NCBI GenBank assembly: GCA_017429475.1
Contig: JAFROX010000006.1
Span: 126,008-190,007, forward strand
DNA length: 64,000 nt
Direction: 5' to 3'
Source: Bacteroidales bacterium
GTDB lineage: Bacteria; Bacteroidota; Bacteroidia; Bacteroidales; UBA932
Shown here: positions 42,091 through 50,728 of the stretch, piece after piece
Numbering within the stretch: the first letter of the stretch is position 1
Layout: the number at the start of each line of letters is the position of its first letter
Position numbers and translations under genes: made by a program
Notes under the pieces: model-generated
What the model was told of the DNA's origin: nothing
What the model saw: only the letters and a program-made list of their open reading frames with translations
Database searches by the model: none

Positions 42091-44976
42091 ATGAAACGAT
42101 TCTTTGCCTCAATGCTTTTTCTGTCTCTGTCCTGCATCGCAGCGAGAGCACAGGTGGTCATAATCAACGAGAGCCTGTTTCAGGGGAGGATGTCCGAAAT
42201 CAAGACTACGGTGCTGGACTCACTTACAAGCGAGCCGATACCCTTTGCCTCTGTCTATGTGATACCATCCAGGGATACAACAATTACCAATTTCACAATT
42301 ACCGACGCAAAAGGCGAAGCGACGCTCGACGAGGTTCCCTATGGCAGCTATGTCTTCCACGTGGAGATGATGGGTTACAAGCCCTTCGTTGCCGAGCGCT
42401 ACTTCCGCGACAGCGAGGTTGACCTCGGAACGATCCGCCTGCAGCAGGATGAACTGTTCCTGCAGGCAGCCACAATCTCGGATGTAGGCAATCCCATCAT
42501 CGTGAAGCAGGATACGGTGGAATTCAATGCATCTTCTTTCAGGGTTGGGGCCAATGCTATGCTGAAAGACCTGCTGCAGCGAATGCCGGGTATGGAGATA
42601 ACAGAAGATGGCAAGGTGAAGTTCAATGGCGAGGAAATTGACAAACTCACGGTAGGGGGAAGGACCTTCTTCTTCAACGACCAGTCTACGGCCCTCAACA
42701 ACCTTCCGGCAGCTGTCGTGGATAAGATTCGCGTGATTGACCGAGAGTCGGAGGCTACCAGGGCTACCGGCCTTGAGGATGGCTCCCGTGAGAAGGTGCT
42801 GGATGTGGCGCTGAAAAAAGAATATGAGAAAGGCTGGTTCGGCAATTTGGGATTGAAAGCAGGTACTACACTTGGTGACAAGGACGATGACAATCCCCTC
42901 CGCGATGACCGCGGCCTGCTCTGGAACGGAAACGCACTGCTGTCAGCGTACGGCGAAAAAGATCAGCTTACCGTCATAGCGAACGGGCAGAATATCGATG
43001 ATTCCAATGTGGTCGTAATGATTTCGGGCGATGATGGAGAAATGACACAGTTGAACCAGGGTCTATCTTCGGCTGCCCAGGCAGGCGTGAATGTCAACAC
43101 TTCCCGCATCAAGGGGGTTGAAACTACGGCAGGTGTAAACTATAAGTATACAGACACCGATTCCGGTTCCAAGACTGACAGGACGACTTATCAGGATGAC
43201 GGTAATCTGAAGTCTTCAACTGAGAACTCCGGCAAACAGTACGCAAACGCCGTGAGCGCCAATATGGAGTTTGAAAAAGAAGAAGGAAAGGTCTGGTTCC
43301 ACTTCAGGCCTTCGTTCAATTTCAGCAGGACTGAGAGCTCAGCGAACTCTTCCTCTGAAACATTCCGTGAGGGGACTTTTGTCAACAGTTCAGAAAATGC
43401 CTCTCACAGCCTTTCGGAAAGTGCCTACACCGGGTATGATGCCGATATGACTATCCGGGATCTGGGAGGAAAGAAGAGCCGCAACCTGCAATTGGGTTCG
43501 TATGCTACTTATGATTTCAATAATGGCAGCAGTGACGAGACTTCCCTGCTGACGATGGCGGGCGGGAAAGACATCCGGGCTATGAGGTATGATTCCGACG
43601 GTTATAATTCCTGGTTCCAGGGTTCTGTTACATACACTGAGCCACTCGGCGATAAATGGACTATTTCTCCTATGGCAATGATAGAAGTCTCGAAGCGCGA
43701 TAACGTCAGGGACGCTTTTGATGCTGCCGGGAGGAACGACTATTACAGTTCGGTGAGCCGGAACAATTCAATTGAACAGCAATATGGAATGACAGTCCAG
43801 TACAAGTTTGGAGGGCAAAGCTGGATAACCCTTGGTGGCCGCGTCCTGGGCCTTCTGAACGAGACATACTCCAAGAGTCACGGTATAGAAGAAACGACCG
43901 GAAAGGATGAATGGAACTGGCACATTGTTCCCAATATCCGCTTCCAGCACAGCAAAGGGATGGACAGACTGTACTTGACTGTCACCGGCTATAGCGATCG
44001 CCCCTCATCATCCCGGATGCTGCCGGTGCTGAACATCACCGATCCGTCGAGGCTCAGTCTGGGCAATGTTTACCTGAGACCATATACCCAGACCTATTTC
44101 AGCAGCGACTGGACCCGGAACAACACAAAGAAATTCTCCACTCTGATGGTGTATTTCTATGGACAGCTTTACGAATCCCCCATCAGTTATGCCCGCTGGT
44201 ACGACACTGACGGCATACTTTATTCTATCCCCGTTAATTCGCAGAAGCCCAGTCTATCTATGACCGTCAATGTGAATTATACAACACCGCTCGATACCAA
44301 GAAGAACTGGTCTCTGACGCTCAGCGGATACGCGAATTATGTCTCATCAGTGAGCTATCAGGCCAGGAAAACGCTACCGGGGCTGGACAAGGACAACTTC
44401 GACTACTCTTCATTTATGGCAGGATTCTGGGGCGATGCGGCGGGTACCCGTTTCTACAGTGGGAAGAGCGGTTTCTCGGAAAGTTCCACACGCACTTTCA
44501 GCCCGGATGCAAGCATATATGTCAGATACAACAAGGATCGCTTTTCCTTCAATGTGGGAGTCAACACCAATGGCTACATAGCCCGCTACTCCCTGGACCC
44601 GAGTGTCAATATGAATACGCTGGACACACGCCTGACAGCGGGCAGTTCCTACATTACCAAGCACGAATTCGAATTTGGGACAGACATTGCATACGCCTTC
44701 TACAAGGGCTATTCGAATGGATACGGCCAGCCGGAGTGGCGATGGAACGCAGAGATCTCCAAGAACATCGGGGCTTTCAACCTGAGTTTCAAAGTCCACG
44801 ACATCCTGAACCAGACCAGGAATCTTACCCATACTGTCACAGCCAACTATGTGGAAGACAGCTACCGCCTCATTATGGGCAGATACGTCCTATTCGGTGT
44901 CAAGTGGAATTTCGGTAAGATGAATGCGGCTCACAGCCAACGTGCTCAGGACGCAATGTGGAATATGCTGTTCTAG
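42091..44976 (+). CDS. Outer-membrane beta-barrel protein (CarboxypepD_reg + plug-like + large barrel; TonB-dependent-receptor-like, not SusC type)
   Basis: Signal peptide ending CIAARAQ. Carboxypeptidase-regulatory-like segment ASVYVIPSRDTTITNFTITDAKGEATLDEVPYGSYVFHVEMMGYKP. Plug-like segment DLLQRMPGMEITEDGKVKFNGEEIDKLTVGGRTFF. It has a long aromatic-terminated barrel (...WNMLF). No SusD gene follows. Confidence 0.7.
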   Translation: MKRFFASMLFLSLSCIAARAQVVIINESLFQGRMSEIKTTVLDSLTSEPIPFASVYVIPSRDTTITNFTITDAKGEATLDEVPYGSYVFHVEMMGYKPFVAERYFRDSEVDLGTIRLQQDELFLQAATISDVGNPIIVKQDTVEFNASSFRVGANAMLKDLLQRMPGMEITEDGKVKFNGEEIDKLTVGGRTFFFNDQSTALNNLPAAVVDKIRVIDRESEATRATGLEDGSREKVLDVALKKEYEKGWFGNLGLKAGTTLGDKDDDNPLRDDRGLLWNGNALLSAYGEKDQLTVIANGQNIDDSNVVVMISGDDGEMTQLNQGLSSAAQAGVNVNTSRIKGVETTAGVNYKYTDTDSGSKTDRTTYQDDGNLKSSTENSGKQYANAVSANMEFEKEEGKVWFHFRPSFNFSRTESSANSSSETFREGTFVNSSENASHSLSESAYTGYDADMTIRDLGGKKSRNLQLGSYATYDFNNGSSDETSLLTMAGGKDIRAMRYDSDGYNSWFQGSVTYTEPLGDKWTISPMAMIEVSKRDNVRDAFDAAGRNDYYSSVSRNNSIEQQYGMTVQYKFGGQSWITLGGRVLGLLNETYSKSHGIEETTGKDEWNWHIVPNIRFQHSKGMDRLYLTVTGYSDRPSSSRMLPVLNITDPSRLSLGNVYLRPYTQTYFSSDWTRNNTKKFSTLMVYFYGQLYESPISYARWYDTDGILYSIPVNSQKPSLSMTVNVNYTTPLDTKKNWSLTLSGYANYVSSVSYQARKTLPGLDKDNFDYSSFMAGFWGDAAGTRFYSGKSGFSESSTRTFSPDASIYVRYNKDRFSFNVGVNTNGYIARYSLDPSVNMNTLDTRLTAGSSYITKHEFEFGTDIAYAFYKGYSNGYGQPEWRWNAEISKNIGAFNLSFKVHDILNQTRNLTHTVTANYVEDSYRLIMGRYVLFGVKWNFGKMNAAHSQRAQDAMWNMLF

Positions 44977-44977
44977 A

Positions 44978-46930
44978 TTAGCGTCTGATGACCAGCATCG
45001 TGAGGTCGTCGCTCTGCTCGGCGCCGGCTACGAAGGTGTGGACGGCGGCGGATATCTCGTCGATGATGGCAGTGGCCGACTGGCAGTCTGAGGCTCCCTC
45101 GGCAGCCTTCAGCAACCTTTCGATTCCGAACAGTTCGTGCGACTGGTTCTCAGCCTCGGTGAGGCCGTCGGTGTAGAGCAGCAGCGACGAGCCGGGCTTG
45201 AGAGTAGCTTCCTGCTGAACGTATTTCCAGCCCTGGTTTATGCCGATTGCAATATTGGGCTTCACTGCAAGTGCTTTGGCGGCAGCGCCGATGATGACGG
45301 GAGCGTTGTGGCCGGCGTTGCAATAAACCAGCTTGCCATCGGCTAGGTTAAGGATTCCGATGAAGAAAGTGACGAACATCATCGACTGATTGCGCTTGCA
45401 CATATTGTCATTAAGCTCCTTCATTATTTCAGCCGGACTGTCATTGCTGTTGGCAAGCGTGCGGAACATCGCTCCGGTGATGGACATTACCAGAGATGCG
45501 GGCACGCCCTTTCCGGATACGTCTCCAATGCAGAAGAACAACTTGTCATCCTTGATGAAATAGTCATAGATGTCGCCACCCACAGCCTTGGCAGGGGTAA
45601 GTCGTCCGGATAGGTCGATGTCATCCCTTCCTTGCTCGGGTGTAATCTCAGCCGGCAGCATCGCCATCTGAATCTTGCGGGCGATGTCAAGTTCCTGCTC
45701 TATCGAGGCCTGCTGGGCAGTGGCGTCCTTAAGCTCATCGATATAATTGGCAAGGGCGTGCTGCATATGTTCGAACGAATCGCGCAGCTGGTGGATTTCG
45801 TCATAATCGTGAAGTTTGGGAAGCGGCGTGTCGAAATGCCCCTCGGCCACCTGTTCCGCCGAACGGGCCAGATATTTCAAAGGTTTTGTCGTATGCTGGA
45901 TAGCCCTGCGGATGAGGAAAAATGCGGCAAGAAGGCCTAGCGCCAGGAGGAGCAGGATGATTATGGCCAATACCTTTCCGGGCTCCCAGATGGTCTTGAA
46001 CGGCACCACAACTCCCATCGACCATCCGCTGTCGTGCAGCGGAGCATAGAAGACATACGACCGGATGCCGTCAATATCAGCAATCCTGACATTGCTCTTT
46101 CCTTCCATCATTTCCTGGCCGATCTGGATGTACCTGTCATTGTTTTTGCCGCCGATATGATTGAAATAGTTGTCTTTCAAGATGCGTGCTGGATCCGGAT
46201 GGGAGATGTAATCGCCTCTGCGGCTAAGAATGAAACTGTAAATGCGCTGGTCAAATTGCTGCGACCCTTTTTTGACACCGATCCCTTCAGATTTGTAAGT
46301 GACTTCCTGAAGGCGTTCGGTGAGCCAGGAGAGCGACATGTCAGAGCCAAAGGCTCCGACAGCTTTGCCTTCTTTATCCCGTACGGGCAATACATATGAG
46401 CAAATCATATTGCCGGCCCCGGATTCATCAAAATAGGGCTCGGACCAGTAGCCGTCTTCATCACTGCTGGCCAGGCCTTTCAGGTACCACTCCTGTGAAA
46501 AATAGTCGTGGCTCCCTGAGCCAATCTGCTTTACATCTATGCTGCCGTCATCATAACGTCTTGCGTATGGCTCGAACCAGTGCCCTTTGGAAGGGTAATA
46601 ATCAGGGATGAATCCTATCCCGCAGCCGGTGATATGGGGGTTGAGCCGCAATTCACTCACCAATGCTGATGCTACCTGATCAGGGTCGGAAAGATGCTTG
46701 TAAATTTCATCGATATTGTTGGCGGATGATATTTCCACAACCCTGAACATTCCGGCTGTCCTCTCGCTGGCCATATTGAGGATGTCACGATAATGGTCTT
46801 TCAACACCGATACCGTTCCACTTGCAGAAAAAATGACAATCAGGAAAGAAGTGATGGCCATCGTGAAGAGCATCACCAGGATTATACGCCGCATCAGGCG
46901 CCCGGAGAATGAGTGGAACTTCTGTTTCAT
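44978..46930 (-). CDS. Membrane sensor phosphatase: TM, Cache-like domain, TM, HAMP, PP2C (SpoIIE); no kinase domain
   Basis: HAMP: IQHTTKPLKYLARSAEQVAEGHFDTPLP...DEIHQLRDSF. PP2C motifs: AKAVGGDIYDYF, FCIGDVSGKGVPASLVMS, YTDGLTEA, QSDDLTMLVI. It is a paralog of the 8856-11042 protein without the RsbW-like tail. Confidence 0.82.
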   Translation of the reverse strand: MKQKFHSFSGRLMRRIILVMLFTMAITSFLIVIFSASGTVSVLKDHYRDILNMASERTAGMFRVVEISSANNIDEIYKHLSDPDQVASALVSELRLNPHITGCGIGFIPDYYPSKGHWFEPYARRYDDGSIDVKQIGSGSHDYFSQEWYLKGLASSDEDGYWSEPYFDESGAGNMICSYVLPVRDKEGKAVGAFGSDMSLSWLTERLQEVTYKSEGIGVKKGSQQFDQRIYSFILSRRGDYISHPDPARILKDNYFNHIGGKNNDRYIQIGQEMMEGKSNVRIADIDGIRSYVFYAPLHDSGWSMGVVVPFKTIWEPGKVLAIIILLLLALGLLAAFFLIRRAIQHTTKPLKYLARSAEQVAEGHFDTPLPKLHDYDEIHQLRDSFEHMQHALANYIDELKDATAQQASIEQELDIARKIQMAMLPAEITPEQGRDDIDLSGRLTPAKAVGGDIYDYFIKDDKLFFCIGDVSGKGVPASLVMSITGAMFRTLANSNDSPAEIMKELNDNMCKRNQSMMFVTFFIGILNLADGKLVYCNAGHNAPVIIGAAAKALAVKPNIAIGINQGWKYVQQEATLKPGSSLLLYTDGLTEAENQSHELFGIERLLKAAEGASDCQSATAIIDEISAAVHTFVAGAEQSDDLTMLVIRR

Positions 46931-46973
46931 AGGGCCAAAGATACATATTTCAAATCAATCGAAAAGGCTGAAA

Positions 46974-47759
46974 ATGATTATCTTTGCACGGATGACTGCA
47001 CTGATAACAGGCGGAAGCTCCGGAATGGGGCTGGAATATGCGAGGCAGCTGGCGGAGCGCGGGTATGACCTGATACTCGTGAGCAACCGTCAGGACGAAC
47101 TCGATACAGCCGCTGCGGCACTCCGCAGGCAGTATCCTGTTGAGGTTACGGTCCGTTTCCAGGACCTGGCGCAGGCAGACTCCGCGGACCAGCTCTACAC
47201 CTGGTGCGTGGAAGAAAAGAATATCCTTCCCGACATTGTGGTCAACAATGCCGGGATGTTCTTTTTCAAGGAACTGGAAATGAAAGACCTAGGCCGCGTG
47301 CAGGCAATGCTGAATCTTCACGTGGCGACAGTGACACGCACCTGCATCCTGTTCGGCAATGCGATGAAGAAGCGCGGCAGCGGTCATATCCTGATAATGT
47401 CGTCGATGGCAGCCCGCATTCCGGCACCCGGCATCACGGTCTATTCTGCCACAAAAGCATATCTCAGGAGTTTCGGACGTTCGCTGTCTTTCGAAATGAA
47501 GCCCTATGGCGTGGGCGTGACTACGGTCTGTCCTGCCGCTATCGCTACTCCTCTCTACCGTCTGAGCGAGAAATGGATGCGCCTCGGAGTTCGCACTGGC
47601 GTCATCCGGACGCCGAAATGGCTGGTGGCACGCGCTTTGCGCGGTATGTTCCGCGGCCGCCGTCTCATCAGTCCGTCTTTTATGAACATTTACCTGCCGG
47701 CATTGATAGCCCTTCTGCCGGCTCCAATCGAAGCTGCCTTATGGAAAAAATTCAAATAG
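46974..47759 (+). CDS. Classical short-chain dehydrogenase/reductase (candidate hydroxysteroid dehydrogenase)
   Basis: The start is ATG 46974 or 46992; the track start at 46833 overlaps the divergent PP2C gene. Motifs are TGGSSGMG (TGxxxGxG), NNAG and SS...YSATK (S-YxxxK). Confidence 0.8.
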   Translation: MIIFARMTALITGGSSGMGLEYARQLAERGYDLILVSNRQDELDTAAAALRRQYPVEVTVRFQDLAQADSADQLYTWCVEEKNILPDIVVNNAGMFFFKELEMKDLGRVQAMLNLHVATVTRTCILFGNAMKKRGSGHILIMSSMAARIPAPGITVYSATKAYLRSFGRSLSFEMKPYGVGVTTVCPAAIATPLYRLSEKWMRLGVRTGVIRTPKWLVARALRGMFRGRRLISPSFMNIYLPALIALLPAPIEAALWKKFK

Positions 47760-48697
47760 CCGTCATCCTGCTGCTCTGCAGTCTGCTGCAGGCAAATGCC
47801 CAGAGGGTGGAGACCGTGCCTTTCGGCGACTTCGAGCACTGGACCGTACGGCATATCCAGGAATCATCCATCCTTGGCGGTGAAGTCAAGACCATATATG
47901 TCGTCGGCCCCGACGAAACGATAAATAAAACTGCCCCTTACGACTATTCAAGAACCATCTGGGCTTCATCGAACGCCTATGCAAAGGTTTCGGGAATCAC
48001 GAAGACCAGCCTTACGGTGGAGCCTGACAACGGCCCGAGCGGCAAATGCGCAAGGCTTACCACCCGCTTCGCTTCCTGCAAGGTCGCAGGTCTGGTGGAG
48101 ATCAACGTGCTGGCTACCGGAGCGCTCTACTGGGGCAAGATGCTTGAGCCTGTGACAGGCGTGCGCAACCCTTATGCATTTATGGACTGGGGGATCCCGT
48201 TCTCCAAGCGGCCTTCGGCTCTTCTGCTCGACTATAAGGCAGAGCTGCCCGCATCGGGCACCCTTACCAAAGGAACGACGTTCAAGCAGCAGACCTTCCC
48301 GGGTAAGGACCCCTGCCAGGTGGTGCTCCTGCTGCAGCATCGCTGGGAGGATGCCGACGGAACTATCCACGTAAAGCGTGTAGGAACGGCAGTGCTTCGC
48401 ATAGATGCGACGACCGGCGGCTGGAGGACGGCAGTGAGTGTTCCCGTAATATATGGCGACGCCAGCAAGCAGGCCGGTTACAAGTCATATATGGGACTGT
48501 TCCAGGGCGACAGCAGGCTGTATGCCGTCAACAGCCGCGGACAGAAAAAGCCTATTCCCGAAGAAGGCTGGGACGAGGCTGACGCTCCCGTAACCCACGC
48601 CGTGCTGCAGATTATGGCAGGCTCCCACGGTGCTTTCATAGGTGAACTCGGCAACACTCTCTGGGTGGACAATATCCGGCTGGAATATCCCCGATAA
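47741..48697 (+). CDS. Secreted protein, PCMD-like (putative carbohydrate-metabolism-domain family); function unknown
   Basis: I prefer the ATG at 47741 (MEKIQIAVILLLCSLLQANAQ signal peptide), which overlaps the SDR stop by 19 nt. The VETVPFGDFEHWTV...WASSNAYAKVSG pattern resembles Bacteroides PCMD-domain proteins, recalled from memory only. Confidence 0.5.
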   Translation: MEKIQIAVILLLCSLLQANAQRVETVPFGDFEHWTVRHIQESSILGGEVKTIYVVGPDETINKTAPYDYSRTIWASSNAYAKVSGITKTSLTVEPDNGPSGKCARLTTRFASCKVAGLVEINVLATGALYWGKMLEPVTGVRNPYAFMDWGIPFSKRPSALLLDYKAELPASGTLTKGTTFKQQTFPGKDPCQVVLLLQHRWEDADGTIHVKRVGTAVLRIDATTGGWRTAVSVPVIYGDASKQAGYKSYMGLFQGDSRLYAVNSRGQKKPIPEEGWDEADAPVTHAVLQIMAGSHGAFIGELGNTLWVDNIRLEYPR

Positions 48698-48708
48698 CTG
48701 ATCAGATT

Positions 48709-49479
48709 ATGTTCGATCCACATACATTTAACCTCTTTCTGATAGGAATGGCCATCGTGGCCGTGATAGTCTTCGTAGCGCTCTACTTCGTGGATGCCGG
48801 TTACGGCAAGTTCTACACTCCGAAGTGGGGACCGTCGCTCGACAACCATCTGGGCTGGTTCCTGATGGAAGTGCCGGTGTTCATCGCAATGCTGGCTCTC
48901 TGGTGGTTTTCCGACCGCAGGGCAGACGGTGTCCGGCTGGTGTTCCTGCTTCTTTTCGAGGCCCACTACTTCCACCGTTCGTTCATCTTCCCGCATCAGC
49001 TGCGCGGCCACAGCCGTATGCCGCTGTCCATCGTGCTGATGGGTGCTGTTTTCAACACCCTCAACGCCTTTATGCAGGGAGGATGGATCTTCTATGTGTC
49101 GCCTGCCGAGTTCTATCCTGCCAGTTGGCTGAGAAGCCTGCCGTTCATAGCCGGAACCATAATCTTCCTTGTCGGAATGTACGTCAACATACAGTCGGAC
49201 GGCATTATCCGCAACCTTCGGGAACCTGGCGACACCGCCCACTATCTTCCCAAGGACGGTATGTTCCGCTATGTGACGAGTGCCAACTATTTCGGCGAGT
49301 TTATGGAGTGGGTGGGATTCGCCTTCCTTACCTGGTCTTGGGCCGGAGCGGTATTTGCGCTCTGGACCTTCGCCAACCTGGCTCCGAGGGCGGCGCGGAT
49401 CTATGAACTGTACAGCCGTGAATTCCCGGACGAACTCGATACGAGCCGTGTGAAACGCATACTGCCATTTATCTATTGA
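48709..49479 (+). CDS. 3-oxo-5-alpha-steroid 4-dehydrogenase (SRD5A-type steroid 5-alpha-reductase) membrane protein
   Basis: The C-terminal third, IIRNLREPGDTAHYLPKDGMFRYVTSANYFGEFMEWVGFAFLTWSWAGAVFALWTFANLAPRA...ILPFIY, aligns almost motif-for-motif with my recollection of human SRD5A1 ([38 protein letters not shown]...IIPFLF). Confidence 0.88.
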   Translation: MFDPHTFNLFLIGMAIVAVIVFVALYFVDAGYGKFYTPKWGPSLDNHLGWFLMEVPVFIAMLALWWFSDRRADGVRLVFLLLFEAHYFHRSFIFPHQLRGHSRMPLSIVLMGAVFNTLNAFMQGGWIFYVSPAEFYPASWLRSLPFIAGTIIFLVGMYVNIQSDGIIRNLREPGDTAHYLPKDGMFRYVTSANYFGEFMEWVGFAFLTWSWAGAVFALWTFANLAPRAARIYELYSREFPDELDTSRVKRILPFIY

Positions 49480-49480
49480 T

Positions 49481-50728
49481 ATGACTACTGAGCCTCAGAA
49501 TTCTCCGATTTTTACGCCGGTTACGATAGGACCTGTGACGCTGCTCAACCGCGTCATCCGATCTGCCGCTTTTGAGAATATGGCCTATGGCAACAGCCCG
49601 ACCAAGGACCTGCACGATTACCACGTGGCAGTGGCCCGCGGAGGGGTGGGAATGACCACTCTGGCCTATGCTTCCGTTAACCGCAGCGGCCTTTCGTTCG
49701 ACGGCCAGCTCTGGATGCGCGAAGAGATCGTACCCGGCCTGAAGAAGATCACCGACGATGTGCACGCTGCCGGAGCGAAGTGCTCCATCCAGCTCGGCCA
49801 CTGCGGCAATATGACCCACCGCGCCACCTGCGGGTGTATGCCGGTAGGAGCTTCAAGCGGGTTCAACCTCTATTCACCGACCTTTGTGCGGGGTCTGAAG
49901 GTGGCTGAGATAGATTCTCTGGTGGAGGATTTCGGCAAGGCCGTGAACCTGGCCCGTGATGCCGGGTTCGACTGTGTGGAAATCCACGCAGGCCATGGCT
50001 ATCTGATAAGCCAGTTCCTGTCGCCCTACACCAACCACCGTCACGACGAGTACGGCGGCTCGCTGGAGAACCGGATGCGCTTTATGCGCCGCGTCATCGC
50101 ACGTGTGATGGAGGCCGCCGGAGACGATATGGGCGTGATAGTGAAGATGAATATGCACGACGGTTTCCGCCGCGGAATGCAGGAGAAGGAATGCCTGGAA
50201 GTGGCGCGCGAGCTGGAGCGTCTGGGTGTCCACGCCATCGTGCTTTCGGCTGGTTTCGTGAGCAAGGCGCCGATGGAGGTGATGCGCGGAGCGATGCCTC
50301 TCAAGACGCTGGCCCATTATATGGACCTGCGCAAATTTTGGTGGCTGAAGGCTCTTGTCCGCTGTTTCGGCCGCATAATGATTCCGACCGTGCCCTATAA
50401 AGAAGGTTATTTCCTCGATGATGCCAGGAAGTTCCGGGCAGCCGTGAAACTGCCGTTGATATATGTAGGCGGACTTGTGTCCCGTGCAAAGATGGAGGAG
50501 GTGCTCGAAGCCGGCTTTCAGGGCCTGCAGGTGGCACGTGCTTTGGTGCGCGACACCGACTTCGTCAGGAAACTTCAGCGTGGCGAGATTGACTGCAGCC
50601 CCTGCGGCCATTCAAACTATTGCATCGGCCGTATGTACACCCTCGAAATGAAATGCAATACCTGTGTGGCCAACCTGCCGGAGAAACTCCGCAAAGAGGT
50701 TGAGGCTGCAGAGAAAAGGTGGAAATGA
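49481..50728 (+). CDS. Old-Yellow-Enzyme-family NADH:flavin oxidoreductase with a C-terminal Cys cluster (candidate 3-oxo-delta4-steroid 5-beta-reductase)
   Basis: OYE TIM-barrel motifs: RSAAFENMA, GFDCVEIHAGHGYLISQFLSPYTNHRHDEYGGSLENRMRF, LIYVGG. The C-terminus has CSPCGHSNYCIGR...KCNTC, like the Fe-S motif of the 2,4-dienoyl-CoA reductase/BaiCD clade. It starts 1 nt after the 5-alpha-reductase stop. Confidence 0.8.
   Translation: MTTEPQNSPIFTPVTIGPVTLLNRVIRSAAFENMAYGNSPTKDLHDYHVAVARGGVGMTTLAYASVNRSGLSFDGQLWMREEIVPGLKKITDDVHAAGAKCSIQLGHCGNMTHRATCGCMPVGASSGFNLYSPTFVRGLKVAEIDSLVEDFGKAVNLARDAGFDCVEIHAGHGYLISQFLSPYTNHRHDEYGGSLENRMRFMRRVIARVMEAAGDDMGVIVKMNMHDGFRRGMQEKECLEVARELERLGVHAIVLSAGFVSKAPMEVMRGAMPLKTLAHYMDLRKFWWLKALVRCFGRIMIPTVPYKEGYFLDDARKFRAAVKLPLIYVGGLVSRAKMEEVLEAGFQGLQVARALVRDTDFVRKLQRGEIDCSPCGHSNYCIGRMYTLEMKCNTCVANLPEKLRKEVEAAEKRWK

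Noticed and set aside
42091-44976. Calling the 961-aa OM protein a SusC-type transporter or PUL marker
   Set aside because: There is no SusD-like gene downstream and none of the SusC-specific N-terminal extension pattern that I recognise. Its context is BlaI/BlaR1-TonB, so it is kept as a generic plug-plus-barrel protein.
46833-46973. Upstream extension of the first SDR ORF
   Set aside because: It overlaps the 5' end of the divergent PP2C gene. The SDR Rossmann motif starts right after ATG 46974/46992.
47204-47740. N-terminal 179-codon extension of the PCMD-like ORF in the track (497 aa)
   Set aside because: The extension overlaps the SDR gene in another frame and is Arg/Ser/Pro-rich nonsense. 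A clean signal peptide begins at the internal ATG 47741.
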